A DNA stretch of 64,000 bases from an uncultured delta proteobacterium (GCA_963745025.1 CAVUWD010000013.1:192001-256000), one strand, 5' to 3'. Shown: positions 34,083 to 44,864, counted from the stretch's first letter. Numbers and translations are program-made. The notes: generated by a model not told the origin, from the letters alone.

Positions 34083-34919
34083 TCACTCCTCCTCGGGGAT
34101 CGGCCCTTCGGCGGGCGTCTCGGGCGCCTCGCCCTCGTCCTCGGGAACCACCGGCCGCTCGGCGCCGAGCGGCGTCATGCCGCGCCCCGCGGGAATGCGC
34201 TCCTCGGTGTTCTGATCCTCTTCCGGCGTGCGCTCGCTCTCGTCCGGGAACTCGCGGTCGACGCCCGCGATGCGGAGCCGGTCGATCAGATCGAGTCCCA
34301 TCCCGTCTGCGATGATCTGGCGGAGCACCTGCCGTTGCGGCTCTCCGGGGATGGCTCCCGAGAGCCGCACCACGCCGCCGTGACAGCGGATGCCGATCTT
34401 CAGGAGATCGGCGTCGCCGTGGGCGTGGATCCGCTCGCGCACGGCCTCGGCGAGCTCCGTATCGTCGAGCTCGCGGTACTCCTGCGGCACCGCGCGGTGT
34501 GCACCCGGTTCGAAGGGGCGTGGCGGCGCTCCGCGAGCGCGCTCGCGCTCCCCAGCGCAGTCGACGCACCAGCGCGTCTGCGGGATTGCCTCGAGGCGCG
34601 CGCCGCCGATCAACGCGCCGCAACCCTCGCAGATTCCGTAGCGTCCCGAGGGGATCTTCACCAGCGCGCGGTGAATCTCCTCTAGCTCGTGGCGGTCGCG
34701 CTCGCGGACGCAGTCCAAGAGTCGATCCATCATCTCCTGCTGGCCGCCCGCTTCGACCTCGGGCTCGCGGTTCTCCTCGATCGCTCGCAAGTTTTCCTCG
34801 ACGCCGTCGACTTCGTCGAAGAGCGCGCGCTGCCGGGCCAGAAGGGCGCGCCTCAGGGCGTCGACGGTCTTCTTGTTCAGCGCCATTTTCGCACTTCGGC
34901 TCATTCGAACCTCCTTCAT
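34083..34919 (-). CDS. DksA/TraR zinc-finger protein fused to a BON-like domain and acidic tail
   Basis: 'YGICEGCG..I...RLEAIP...CVDC', then 'DDTELAEAVRE...GVVRLSG'. Confidence 0.85.
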   Translation of the reverse strand: MKEVRMSRSAKMALNKKTVDALRRALLARQRALFDEVDGVEENLRAIEENREPEVEAGGQQEMMDRLLDCVRERDRHELEEIHRALVKIPSGRYGICEGCGALIGGARLEAIPQTRWCVDCAGERERARGAPPRPFEPGAHRAVPQEYRELDDTELAEAVRERIHAHGDADLLKIGIRCHGGVVRLSGAIPGEPQRQVLRQIIADGMGLDLIDRLRIAGVDREFPDESERTPEEDQNTEERIPAGRGMTPLGAERPVVPEDEGEAPETPAEGPIPEEE

Positions 34920-34938
34920 CGGACGGCGACTCGGCGCG

Positions 34939-35697
34939 CTAGGAGACCGCGCCGCCGGGCTTCGCGCCCGCGCGGGTCGGCGGTCCGAGCGCCGCCTCGC
35001 TCAGGAGTCGACAAACGTCGTCGTCCGAGACCTGTGTGAAATCTTCGTAGAACGCGCCGACCGCCCAGAAGAGCGTCGGCGTCAAGAGGACGATCAGCTC
35101 ATCTACCATCGGGCGGAGCCGCTCGACGGTGTCTGGAGGCGCGACGGGAACGGCGAGCACGATGCGGCCGACCCCCTGCTGGCGGAGCGCCTGGATCGCC
35201 GCGACGACCGTCGAGCCTGTGGCGATGCCGTCGTCGACCAGGATCACGGTGATGTGCGGCCCCAGCTGGAGCGGCGCGCCGCCGCGGAAGAGCTTCTGGC
35301 GCCGAGCGATCTCCTCACGTTGCCGCTTCGTGGCGCGGGAGATGAATGTCTTCGATGCGCCCGTCGTCTCGACCCCTTCGGCGTTCAGGTACGGCTCGCC
35401 GCCTTCGGCCACGGCGCCGATTGCGAACTCGGGATTCTCCGGAGCGCCGAGCTTGCGGGAGATGATGACGTCGAGTGGAAGCTCGAGGCCACGCGCAATC
35501 TCGGCCGCGGGCGGCACTCCACCGCGCGGCAGCCCGAGGACGACCGCGTTCTCCCTGCGGCGGTAACCAGCGAGCCGCGAGGCAAGCAGCCGGCCGGCCT
35601 CCAGCCGATCGCGGAAGCGACTGCGGCGGAGCACACGGCCTTCATCGAGATCTCCGCTCCGCGCAGGAGCGCTCGTGACGGGGTCCAACGAAGACAT
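34939..35697 (-). CDS. phosphoribosyltransferase (Rv0571c/Rv2030c-like; start uncertain)
   Basis: 'FRDRLEAGRLLA', 'GLPRGGVP', 'RKLGAP.NPEFAIGA', 'VDDGIATG', 'AVGAFYEDF'. Confidence 0.92.
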   Translation of the reverse strand: MSSLDPVTSAPARSGDLDEGRVLRRSRFRDRLEAGRLLASRLAGYRRRENAVVLGLPRGGVPPAAEIARGLELPLDVIISRKLGAPENPEFAIGAVAEGGEPYLNAEGVETTGASKTFISRATKRQREEIARRQKLFRGGAPLQLGPHITVILVDDGIATGSTVVAAIQALRQQGVGRIVLAVPVAPPDTVERLRPMVDELIVLLTPTLFWAVGAFYEDFTQVSDDDVCRLLSEAALGPPTRAGAKPGGAVS

Positions 35698-35723
35698 ACG
35701 AGCACCGCGCCTGTCCATGGCCT

Positions 35724-35855
35724 TTATCTCTTCGCTTCGATCGCGACCCTCTTCGATGCCGTCTTCTTTGGTGCCGGCATCGTGATCTCGAAGACGCCCT
35801 TGTCGAAGCTCGCGGGGGGCCATGAACACGGAGCCCTCTTCCTCAGACGTGCCAT
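35724..35855 (-). pseudogene. 43-aa ORF carrying only an Hsp20 C-terminus
   Basis: Read manually: MARLRKRAPCSWPPASFDKGVFEITMPAPKKTASKRVAIEAKR, matching alpha-crystallin 'A.F..GV.EI..P' and the V-x-I tail. Confidence 0.6.
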
Positions 35856-35869
35856 GGTCGTTGTTTCTT

Positions 35870-36035
35870 GCAAGTCGGGGACCAGACGGAGACACCGTCA
35901 AATCGGGACGACCTTCCCAGAACTGATAACTAACCTCGGCTGGAATCGCGGAACTGAGAATTCGGTCGTAGTCGCCGATCCCCGAGGGGCCGTGGTCCTC
36001 GGCAGGCGTCTCGTTCGAGGTGGCACGATTGTTGG
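35870..36035. promoter_or_regulatory. divergent sigma54 promoters sharing an enhancer-like pair
   Basis: TGGTCCCCGACTTGC at 35870-35884 (-); sites TTCCCAGAACTGATAA (35914) and ATCGCGGAACTGAGAA (35945); TGGCACGATTGTTGG at 36021-36035 (+, GG at -12). Confidence 0.65.
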
Positions 36036-36072
36036 TTCAATTGAGGGGGGCTGATCGACCCTCGAGGTATTC

Positions 36073-36498
36073 GTGACCACGAAACGCTGGGAGCACTTCC
36101 CTCACGGGGCCGACGTCGGCGTGCGCGGAATCGGCGCCTCGATCGAGGAGGCCTTCGAGGCGGCTGCCGAAGCGCTGATCGCTGTCGTCGTCGACCCCGG
36201 CAACGTCGCTCCGCTCGAGCGCGTCACCATCCGCTGCGAGGCGCCGGACGACGCGCTTCTCCTCGTCGATTGGCTGAACGCGCTCGTTTACGAGATGGCA
36301 ACGCGCCGGATGCTCTTCTCCCGCTTCGACGTGCGCATCGGGGACGGGAAACGCCTCGAAGCGAGCGCCTGGGGCGAGACGCTCGATCCCTCGCGGCACG
36401 AGACCGGCGTCGAGGTGAAGGGCGCGACGTACACGAGCCTTCGGGTCGAGCAGCAGCCCGACGGCACATGGCTCGCCCAGTGCATCGTCGACGTCTGA
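36073..36498 (+). CDS. archease
   Basis: '[10 protein letters not shown]', 'DWLN.L', 'EVKGATY', C-terminal 'DV'. Confidence 0.96.
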   Translation: MTTKRWEHFPHGADVGVRGIGASIEEAFEAAAEALIAVVVDPGNVAPLERVTIRCEAPDDALLLVDWLNALVYEMATRRMLFSRFDVRIGDGKRLEASAWGETLDPSRHETGVEVKGATYTSLRVEQQPDGTWLAQCIVDV

Positions 36499-36509
36499 CT
36501 AGGACGAAA

Positions 36510-37940
36510 ATGGATCTCGGGACTCTGGAGCAGGTTTCGAATTTCGAGTGGCGAATCCCGGCGACGGGCGCGATGCGCGTTCCGGGCGTCCTCTACGCGA
36601 GCGAGGCTCTCGTTCGCGACATGGACGAGAAGGTCCGGGAGCAGGTCACGAACGTTGCAACGCTTCCCGGGATCGTCCGCGCCTCGTATGCGATGCCCGA
36701 TGCGCATTGGGGCTACGGTTTCCCGATCGGGGGCGTGGCCGCCTTCGATCCCGACGCGGGAGGCGTGATCTCGGCGGGCGGCGTCGGCTTCGACATCTCC
36801 TGCGGCGTGCGGCTGCTTCTCACCGGCCTTTCCGCCGCCGGCCTCGAGACCGTGAAGGAGCCGCTGGCGGAAGCGCTCTTCCAGGCCGTTCCGGCCGGAG
36901 TCGGCAGCCGAGGCGAGCTGCATCTCGACCGGGGCGAGATGAACGCGATGCTCCGCGGCGGCGCGCGATGGGCCGTGGAGCGCGGCTACGGCGAGCCCGC
37001 GGATCTCGAACGGATCGAGGAGCGCGGGACGATGGCGGGTGCCGAGCCGGACGAGGTCTCGGAGCACGCGAAGCAGCGCCAGCAGGACGAGGTCGGCACA
37101 CTCGGGTCCGGCAATCACTACCTGGAAGTGCAGCGAGTTGCGCGAATCTTCGACGCTCCGACCGCAGCGCGCTTCGGTCTCGCCGAGGGAGACGCGGTCG
37201 TCAGCATCCACTGCGGCTCGCGCGGCCTCGGCCATCAGATCGGCACGGAGTTCCTGAAGGAGATGGTGATCACCGCGTCGGAGCGCCGGATCGTGCTTCC
37301 CGATCGAGAGCTCGCCTGCGCGCCCATCCGCTCTTCGACCGGTGCACGCTATCTTGGCGCGATGCGCGCGGCCATCAACTGCGCGCTCGCAAATCGCCAG
37401 GTGATCACCCACCTCGTCCGCGGCGCCTTCGCCGAAGTCTTACCCGAGGCGCGGCTGCGGCTGCTCTACGACGTGTCGCACAACACCTGCAAGGTCGAGG
37501 AGCATCGCCTCGAAGGCCGCACGGTCACGCTCTACGTCCATCGCAAGGGCGCGACACGCGCCTTCGGCCCCGGGCACCCCGATCTTCCGGAGGCGCTGCG
37601 TGACGTCGGGCAGCCTGTCCTGATCGGCGGCACGATGGGAACGGCGTCGTACGTGCTGGTCGGCACGGCGCGATCGATGGAGCGCGCCTTCGGATCGGCC
37701 TGTCACGGCGCGGGGCGGGCCATGAGCCGCCACGCCGCGCTCCGTCACTGGAGAGGCCGCGCGCTGGTCCACGAGCTCGCGCAGCGCGGGATACTCATTC
37801 TCAGCCGCTCGATGCGCGGCGTGGCCGAGGAGGCGCCCGGCGCCTACAAGGACGTGGCCGCGGTCGTCGACGCCGCGGAGGTCTCCGGCCTCGCCCGCAC
37901 GGTGGCGCGGCTCGAGCCGATCCTCTGCGTCAAGGGGTGA
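36510..37940 (+). CDS. rtcB: RNA ligase RtcB
   Basis: 'MPDAHWGYGFPIGGV', 'GFDISCG', 'GSGNHY', 'HCGSRG', 'HRKGAT', 'HGAGR', 'EEAPGAYKDV', terminal KG. Confidence 0.98.
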   Translation: MDLGTLEQVSNFEWRIPATGAMRVPGVLYASEALVRDMDEKVREQVTNVATLPGIVRASYAMPDAHWGYGFPIGGVAAFDPDAGGVISAGGVGFDISCGVRLLLTGLSAAGLETVKEPLAEALFQAVPAGVGSRGELHLDRGEMNAMLRGGARWAVERGYGEPADLERIEERGTMAGAEPDEVSEHAKQRQQDEVGTLGSGNHYLEVQRVARIFDAPTAARFGLAEGDAVVSIHCGSRGLGHQIGTEFLKEMVITASERRIVLPDRELACAPIRSSTGARYLGAMRAAINCALANRQVITHLVRGAFAEVLPEARLRLLYDVSHNTCKVEEHRLEGRTVTLYVHRKGATRAFGPGHPDLPEALRDVGQPVLIGGTMGTASYVLVGTARSMERAFGSACHGAGRAMSRHAALRHWRGRALVHELAQRGILILSRSMRGVAEEAPGAYKDVAAVVDAAEVSGLARTVARLEPILCVKG

Positions 37941-37960
37941 TGCATTTGTTCGCGGGGAAG

Positions 37961-38374
37961 CTAGGTCTTATCGTCGGGCACCGATTTGTCGGAACCCGTG
38001 ACCTTGCCGGGAGCTTCCAAGAATGCCTTGAGAATGTCGGTCGTGGTGATGATGCCGACGAGCTTCCCGTCTTCCACGACCGGCAGGCTATCGAGCTTAC
38101 AATCGAGCATTTGCCGCGCGGCCGCTTCCAGTGGAATGGCGGGTGTGACGGTGAGTGGATTCTCGGTCATCGCCGCCGTCACCCGCGTGTCTCGGAGGTG
38201 ACCGGAATGCGCTCCGAGATCGCGATCGGTGATGATGCCGACCAGCCGATCGCCCTCGACGACGGGGAGGCGTCGAAAGCCGCCCGCATTCATCTTCTCC
38301 TGTGCGTCGATGAGGGTGTCGCGCGAAGTGATCGTGACCGGCCTTCGAGTCATATAGCTCATCACTAGCAGCAT
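37961..38374 (-). CDS. stand-alone CBS-pair protein
   Basis: Two CBS motifs, 'RRLPVV...LVGIITDRD' and 'SLPVV...LVGIITTTD'. Confidence 0.93.
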   Translation of the reverse strand: MLLVMSYMTRRPVTITSRDTLIDAQEKMNAGGFRRLPVVEGDRLVGIITDRDLGAHSGHLRDTRVTAAMTENPLTVTPAIPLEAAARQMLDCKLDSLPVVEDGKLVGIITTTDILKAFLEAPGKVTGSDKSVPDDKT

Positions 38375-38402
38375 GGTCTTTCCTCGCTGATTGCCATGAT
38401 AA

Positions 38403-38466
38403 GCGAACTGCGTGCCAGGCGAAACATTCGTTGAGAAATCGCTGCTCGTCCTCTCAGATACGGGAA
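38403..38466 (-). promoter_or_regulatory. sigma54 promoter plus enhancer-like site (CBS gene)
   Basis: TGGCACGCAGTTCGC at 38403-38417 (-); CTCTCAGATACGGGAA at 38451. Confidence 0.65.
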
Positions 38467-38498
38467 AATCTGCAGTGGCTTCTTTAGGAGCGCTAGAG

Positions 38499-41223
38499 TC
38501 AACCAGCGGCGCGCTTTAGGCGGACCGCGGTGGCCTTGTACTGTGGGCACTTCGAGCGCGGATCGTGATGCGGACCGACGACGCGATTGGCGTGAGTCTC
38601 GGGATAGTGGAAGGAGAGGAATACGGTGCCGACGTTGACGCGCGGACGACAGCCGCGCAGGCACGCGCGTGCGGCCCCAGCGGCTCTCGACCTCGACGGC
38701 GTCGCCGTCGGCGATCGCCACGCGCGCGGCGTCTTCGGGGTGCGATCTGAGCTCGTCGACCGGCGCGAGCGTGCGGCTCGGGGTGCGGCGGGTCATGGTG
38801 CCGACGTTGTAGTGCTGGAGGACGCGGCCGGTGATCAGCAGCTAGGGATAGCCGGCGACGTCGTGCTCCGGGCTGGCGCGATAGTCGACGGCAGTCAGTC
38901 GTCCGCGGCCGCGCAGGAACTCCGTCGCGTGAACGCGTCGCTGTCCCCGGGTGATCGGGGCTAGGACACGGCCACTGTAGGCCATCTCCGCCGAGCCGGT
39001 CGTAGCGCACGCCGCCGAAGAGCGCGGGCGCAACGCGGCGCGATCTCGTCCATGACGTCGCCGGGTTGGCGTAGGACCAAGGCGCAGCCGAGCGCGTGCG
39101 CCACGTCGCGAATGATCTGCCAGTCCGGCTGCGCTTCTCCCGGGGGTACGACCGCCGGCCGCACGTGCTGGATGCGGCGCTCGGCGTTGGTGAAGGTGCC
39201 CTCCTGCTCGAGAACGCCCGCGGCGGGGAGCACCAGATGCGCGCGCTCGGCGGTCGGGTCAGGAAGAGCTCCTGGACCACGAGAAGATCGAGCGCGTCGA
39301 GGGCTTCGAGAACGCGGGTCTCGTCGGGGTCGCTCTGCGCGACGTCTTCGCCCTGGATCCACAGCGCGCGCAGTTCGCCGTGCTCGCGCGGCGTCGAGCA
39401 TCTCCGGAATCGTCAGCCCGGGCTCGAGCGGCGGAGCGCTGGCCCCAGAGCTCGCGGAAGCGGCGCGCGCACGGCCGGATCGTCGAGCGGCTGATAGCCG
39501 GTCAGCTGGGTCGGGCATGCCGCCCATGTCGGCGTTGCCCTGCACGTTGTTCTGGCCGCGCAGCGGCAGCATGCCGGCGCCCGGGCGCCCGATGCTGCCG
39601 GTGAGCAGCGCCAGGTTTGCGAGCGCCATCACCGACGCCGTGCCCTGCGTGAGCTCCGAGAGGCCGAGGCCGTGCACGAAGAGGATAGGCCCGGCGCGGC
39701 CGATCGCTTCGCGCGGCTCGCCGAATGTCGCGAGCTCGCGACCTCCGTGATCGCGCGCCGCCTCCGCGAGCGTGACCGACGCGAGAAACGCAGCGAGCTC
39801 TTCGAGACCCGCTCGCCGCGTGCGCGAGGTAGTCGCGATCGACGAGCCCCTCGTCGAGCAGGATCTTCGCGATGCGCGTTGAAGAGCGCGACGTTCGTGC
39901 CCGGGCGGAGCGCGAGATGGAGCGTCGGCGAGCGCCGCGAGCTCGATGCGCCGCGGATCGATCACGACGAGCGCGGCGCCGCGCGAGCACCGCCTGCTTG
40001 ATGCGCGCGCCGACCACCGGGTGCGCCTCGGTCGGGTTGGCGCCAGCGACCACGATCAGGCGCGCGCGCTCGATGTCGACGTAGGACGCCGTGGCGGCGC
40101 CGGTGCCGGTCACGAGCTGCAGCGCGGCCGCCGTCGACGAGTGGCAGACGCGCGCGCAGCAGTCGACGTTGTTGGTGCCGAGCGCGGCTGCGGAAGAGCT
40201 TCTGCAGCAGGTAGGCCGCCTCGTTGGTCGAGCGCGACGAGGTCAGCGCGCCGAGCGCGTTCGGGCCGTGCGCGTCGCGGATCTCGCGAGCCGGCGTGCG
40301 GCGCACGCGATCGCCTCGTCCCAGCCGACCGGCGCGGAGCGTTCCCCCGTCGCGCAGCAGCGGCGTCGTCAGCCGTTCGGGCGAGCTCTGCCAGCGCGTG
40401 CGCGTAGCGGCCCTTCGCGCACAGGTGGCCGCGGTTCACCGCCGCCTCGGCACGCCGCGGATCCGCAGCACCCTGCGCGTGCGCCCGTTTCGATCTCGAC
40501 CCGGCAGCCGACGCCGCAGTAGCCGCAGACGGACTCGGTGACCGCGATCGACGGAGTCGATGCGTCCGCAGCCGCCGGGCGTGCGACCTCGCTCCCGGTC
40601 TCGATCGAGGATCGCTCCGGTCGGGCAGAGGTCCACGCAGGCGCCGCACGCCGTGCAGGCGCTCTGCGCGAAGCGCTCGCCTGGACCGAAGACCAGGTCG
40701 GGCTTCGCCGCCGCGGCCGGCGATCGCGTAGACGAACTGGCCCTGGATCTCCTCGCAGACGTGCAGGCAGCGCCGGCACGTGATGCAGCGCGTCGGGATC
40801 GAAGCGGAGGTAGGGATGGCTTCGATCGATCGCGGTCTCACGCGCGTGGTAGCCGAACGGCGATCGGCCTGCGTCGAACTGCCGGAGCAGCCGCTCGAAC
40901 TTGCTTCCTCGCTCGCTCGGCACGAAACGTCCTTCGCGATGCTCACTCGCCACCAGGCCGAGAATCTCGCGGCGAAGCCGACCGAGGCGCGGGCTCTCCG
41001 TCCGCACCGACATCCCCGCGCCAAGCGGCGAATGGCAGGCCGCGTGGGGCCGATCATCCCCGTCGATCTCGACGAGACAGATCCGGCAGTTCCCCTCCGG
41101 CGCGAGGCCTGGGTGGTAGCAGAGCGTCGGAACGTCGATACCGTGCCGCCGTGCCGCCTCGAGAATCGTGTCGCCGTCGCGGACTTCGACGGTCGTGCCG
41201 TCGATGATCGCAGTACGCCTCAT
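38499..41223 (-). CDS. formate dehydrogenase alpha subunit (FdsA/FdhF-like); many frameshifts
   Basis: N-terminal 2Fe-2S 'VPTLC...GNCRICLV', 'CGYCGVGC', 'NNVDCCARVCH', 'PLRGQNNVQG', 'GTFTNAERR', spread over many frames. Confidence 0.88.
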
Positions 41224-42868
41224 GCCGTTTCGTCCGAGGGCTCGCTGAAGATCGCTTCTCCGAAGTGCTCGATCAGCTCGCGAATGGGCCCCGGCAGGAG
41301 CTGCCCGAATGCGCACAAGCTGCCGTCGTGCATCACATCGCAGAGACGGAGAAGCAGCTCTCGTGCATCGGCGCGGTGGAGGTTTTTCGCGAGATCCGCG
41401 GCACGGCGCGAGCCGATCCCACAGGGCACGCATTTGCCGCAGGATTCGTCGCGCATGAAGGCGAGCCAATGGCGAAGGAGCGCCGCGAAGTCGGTGTCGT
41501 GCGGGACGGCGACGATGCCGCCATGACCGAGCTGGATGCCCCGCTGCGCCATCGCCGCGTAACAGACCGGCACGTTCCACGCCGGCGGAAGTAACACGCT
41601 TCCCATCGGGCCGCCGAGCAGCACGGCGGCCAGCGGCTTCCCGTCGCGCCCCCCGCCGCCGGCTTCTTCGATGACCACGCGGAGCGGCGTGCCGAACTCC
41701 ACCTCGACGATCCCGGGGCGCTCGAAGCCCGGTTCAAGCACAGCGCCTTCGTGCCCGAGGACTCTGCCGTGCCGAGCGCGCGCGAATGCCTCGGCCCCGC
41801 GGAGCATGATCCACGGCACGTTGACGAGCGTCTCCACGTTGTCGATCACGGTCGGCTTGCCATGGAGCCCCGCGACTGCCGGGTACGGCGGGCGCAGGCG
41901 GACCTCGCCGCGACGCCCTTCGATCGCGTTCAGCATCGCCGTCTCCTCGCCGCATACGTAGCTGCCCATGCCGGGGAAGACCGTTACGTCGAAGGCGAAG
42001 TCGCTGCCGAGAGCTCGCTCGCCGAGAATGCCCGGCGCGCCGTGCGTCGCGAACCGCGCGTCTCGACTCTTTCTTGAGCGCGCGGATATTCGGAGCGGAT
42101 GAACACGATGCCTCGCTTCGCGCCGACCGCGTAGGCGCAGATCGCGAGGCCTTCGAGCACCGCGTGTGGATCCTCCTCCATGAGCGCGCGATCGATGAAC
42201 GACCCTGGATCGCCCTCGTCTCCGTTGGCGATCACGAAGCGCATGTCGGTCTCCGTCGAGGCGCACACGCGCCACTTCGTCCCAGTCGGGTAGGCCGCGC
42301 CCCCTCGGCCGCGCTCCCCGGAACGCTCCATGGCCTCGAGGATCTCCGAAGGCCCACGGCGAAGCGCGGCGGCGAGCCCCTCGTAGACTCCAGCGGCGCG
42401 CGCCCGCTCGAGCGTGGAGTGGTCGCCACGGGAGATTCGCGCGGTGACGATCGGCTCACTGACGAGACTGCGGATGTTCGGCACCGCGGATGCCGAGGCC
42501 GTGGCGGCGAACAGCGACTCGGCCGTTTCGACGTCACAATCGGCAACCACGGTGCCGTTCGGCCGGAGCACGGCCGGCGAACGGTCGCAGTAACCCACGC
42601 AGTACACGCCCTCGCAGGGTCCTTTCGCCGAGAGGCGTCGGTAGATCTCGTCGGCGCCGGATAGAGCGCACGAGGTGCCGCGGCAGACCCGCGGCCCGTC
42701 CGGACGCGAATGGAGATCGGCGTAGTAGGAGACCGTGCCGCGGACCTCCGCCGCCGGGAGGCCGAGCTCGAGAGCGAGCCGCCGCGCAGCGCCCGCGTCG
42801 AGCGGGCCTTCGCGGCGAACGCGGTCACGAAGCGTGAGGAGCGGAAAGTCGGGTCGGTCGTGCTTCAT
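41220..42868 (-). CDS. NuoE/NuoF-like (FdsG-FdsB) fused NAD(H)-binding subunit (frameshift near 42060)
   Basis: 'VCRGTSC', 'YCVGYC', 'RGRGGAAYPTG.KW', 'NGDEGDPG', 'YVCGEETA', 'ESCGKCVPC', 'LCAFG'. Confidence 0.9.
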
Positions 42869-42913
42869 CGCGGGGGATCTCACCTCGTCGCAGTCTATCG
42901 AGCAGCTGCCAAA

Positions 42914-42928
42914 GCATGAGTCGTGCCG
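42914..42928 (-). promoter_or_regulatory. sigma54 promoter of the fdh operon
   Basis: CGGCACGACTCATGC, 46 nt upstream of the ATG. Confidence 0.6.
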
Positions 42929-43009
42929 GAGGCGCTTGCCAAGCGATATGCGTAGCGAACTCTTGACGTAGAGGGTAAACCGAAAGCGCCACCGGCGACA
43001 GCCACGGCC

Positions 43010-44773
43010 ATGAAGAACCCACAGGTCGCGCAAATCTTTCGGGAGATCTCGGCGTTGCTCGACATGGAGGGCGTGCCGTTCAAGCCGCGCGCCTACGAGA
43101 AGGCCGCGGCGTCGATTGCGGCGCTCGAAGATCCCATCGAGGAGATCTTCGCGCGCGGAGGCGTCAAGGCGCTCGAAACGATTCCCGGCATCGGCAAGTC
43201 GTTCGCCGCCAAGATCGCGGAGTTTCTCACCAGCGGAAAAGTCGCGGACCACGAGAAGCTCCGCGCCGCGACGCCGGTCGATCTCGATCGCCTGCTCGGA
43301 ATCGAGGGCCTCGGCCCGAAGGGGATCAAATCGCTCTACGAGCATATCGGAGTCCGCACGCTCGCCGATCTCGAAGCGGCCGCGCGCGCCGGCAAGATCC
43401 GGCACGTTCCGGGGTTCGGTGAAAAGAGCGAGCAGAAGATCCTTCAGGGGATTGGCTTCCTGCAGGCCCGCGCCGGGCGGCTGCCGATCGGTGCAGTGCT
43501 GCCGCTCGCGCGCGAGATCGAAGCGCGCCTCGGCGAGATCCGCGGGGTCAAGCAGGTGGCGATCGCCGGCAGCATCCGCCGGCGAAAGGAAACGATCGGC
43601 GACATGGACTTCCTGGTCGTCGCGTCGGATCCGGCGCTCGTCATGGAGCGCTTCGCGACCATGCCCGAAGTCGCCGTCGTCCACGCGCGGGGCTCGACCA
43701 AGGGGTCGGTGCGATTGTCGATCGGCATGGATGCGGACTTGCGGCTGGTTCCCGCAGGGAGCTTCGGAGCCGCGCTGCAGTACTTCACGGGCAGCAAGGA
43801 TCACAGCGTGGCCTGCCGCAAGATCGCCATCGAGAAGGGCTTGAAGCTGAACGAGTACGGAGTCTTTCGCGGGTCGCGATCGATCGCCGGGCGCAGCGAA
43901 GAAGAGGTCTACGCGGCGCTCGGCCTGCCGTGGATCGCGCCCGAGCTGCGCGAGGACCGAGGAGAGATCGCTGCGGCGCTCGCCGGCAAGCTCCCGCACC
44001 TGCTCGACTACGGAAGCCTGCGCGGCGATCTGCAGACGCAAACCAGCTGGACCGACGGTGCCGACTCGATCGAGGCGATGGCCCGGGCCGCGAAGCAGCT
44101 CGGCCTCGAGTACATCGCGATCACCGACCATACGCAAAGCTTGGCGATGACGCGCGGCTCGGACGAGAAAAAGCTGCGCCGCCAAATGGCCGACATCGAC
44201 GCGATCAACGGCAAGTTGCGGGGCATTCGGATCTTGAAGGGAGCCGAAGTCAACATCCAGCGCGACGGGACGCTCGACATCGACGACGCGACGCTCGCGG
44301 TGCTCGATGTCGTCGGTGTCGCGGTTCACTCCCACTTCCATCTCCCTCGCAAGGAGATGACCGCGCGAATTTGCCGCGCCATGCGGAATCCCCACGCCGA
44401 CATCCTCTTTCACCCAACCGGGCGGGTGCTCGGCAGGCGCGAGCCCTACGAGGTCGATTTCGAAGAGATCGTCCGGGTGGCGCTCGAGACCGGGACCGCC
44501 TTGGAGATCGACGCCTTCCCCGATCGGCTGGACCTGAACGACGACCATGCCCGGCGCGCGGTGGAGGCCGGGGTGAAGCTCACCATCGATTCCGATGCCC
44601 ACTCGGCGGCGCATTTTCCTTTCCTCGACTATGGTATCGCGGTCGCGCGGCGTGGATGGGTCGAGGCGAAGAACGTGCTCAACACTCAGCCCGTGGAGCG
44701 GCTGCTGGCCTCGCTGAAGGGCGGTCCGGGCCCGGGCCGAAAGGGTAGCGGCAGGCGCCATTCTCAACGGTAG
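43010..44773 (+). CDS. polX: DNA polymerase X with PHP domain
   Basis: HhH 'IPGIGK', 'AGSIRR.KETIGDMD', 'YFTGSKDH', PHP 'ITDH', 'HPTGR', 'DSDAH'. Confidence 0.96.
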   Translation: MKNPQVAQIFREISALLDMEGVPFKPRAYEKAAASIAALEDPIEEIFARGGVKALETIPGIGKSFAAKIAEFLTSGKVADHEKLRAATPVDLDRLLGIEGLGPKGIKSLYEHIGVRTLADLEAAARAGKIRHVPGFGEKSEQKILQGIGFLQARAGRLPIGAVLPLAREIEARLGEIRGVKQVAIAGSIRRRKETIGDMDFLVVASDPALVMERFATMPEVAVVHARGSTKGSVRLSIGMDADLRLVPAGSFGAALQYFTGSKDHSVACRKIAIEKGLKLNEYGVFRGSRSIAGRSEEEVYAALGLPWIAPELREDRGEIAAALAGKLPHLLDYGSLRGDLQTQTSWTDGADSIEAMARAAKQLGLEYIAITDHTQSLAMTRGSDEKKLRRQMADIDAINGKLRGIRILKGAEVNIQRDGTLDIDDATLAVLDVVGVAVHSHFHLPRKEMTARICRAMRNPHADILFHPTGRVLGRREPYEVDFEEIVRVALETGTALEIDAFPDRLDLNDDHARRAVEAGVKLTIDSDAHSAAHFPFLDYGIAVARRGWVEAKNVLNTQPVERLLASLKGGPGPGRKGSGRRHSQR

Positions 44774-44851
44774 GAACGAGGGCGAGACGGTTTCTCAGCG
44801 CTTGGAAGGATCGGCGGGTCCCCGGCTTCGCGAGCCGGGCACGGTCCATGC
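44761..44851 (+). promoter_or_regulatory. enhancer-like pair plus sigma54 promoter (BON-MFS-cytochrome operon)
   Basis: TTCTCAACGGTAGGAA (44761), TTCTCAGCGCTTGGAA (44792), GGGCACGGTCCATGC at 44837-44851. Confidence 0.72.
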
Positions 44852-44864
44852 TTTTCGACGGTAC

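Noticed and set aside
40135-40175. Selenocysteine in FDH
   Set aside because: The active-site codon is TGC (NNVDCCARVCH), not TGA.
42869-44767. 5' part of the 927-aa minus-strand ORF, and other long antisense ORFs (e.g. 20513-22252, 31128-32849, 16876-18411)
   Set aside because: GC-rich shadow frames opposite well-supported genes. Only the portion from 42868 downwards is the real NuoE/F-like gene.
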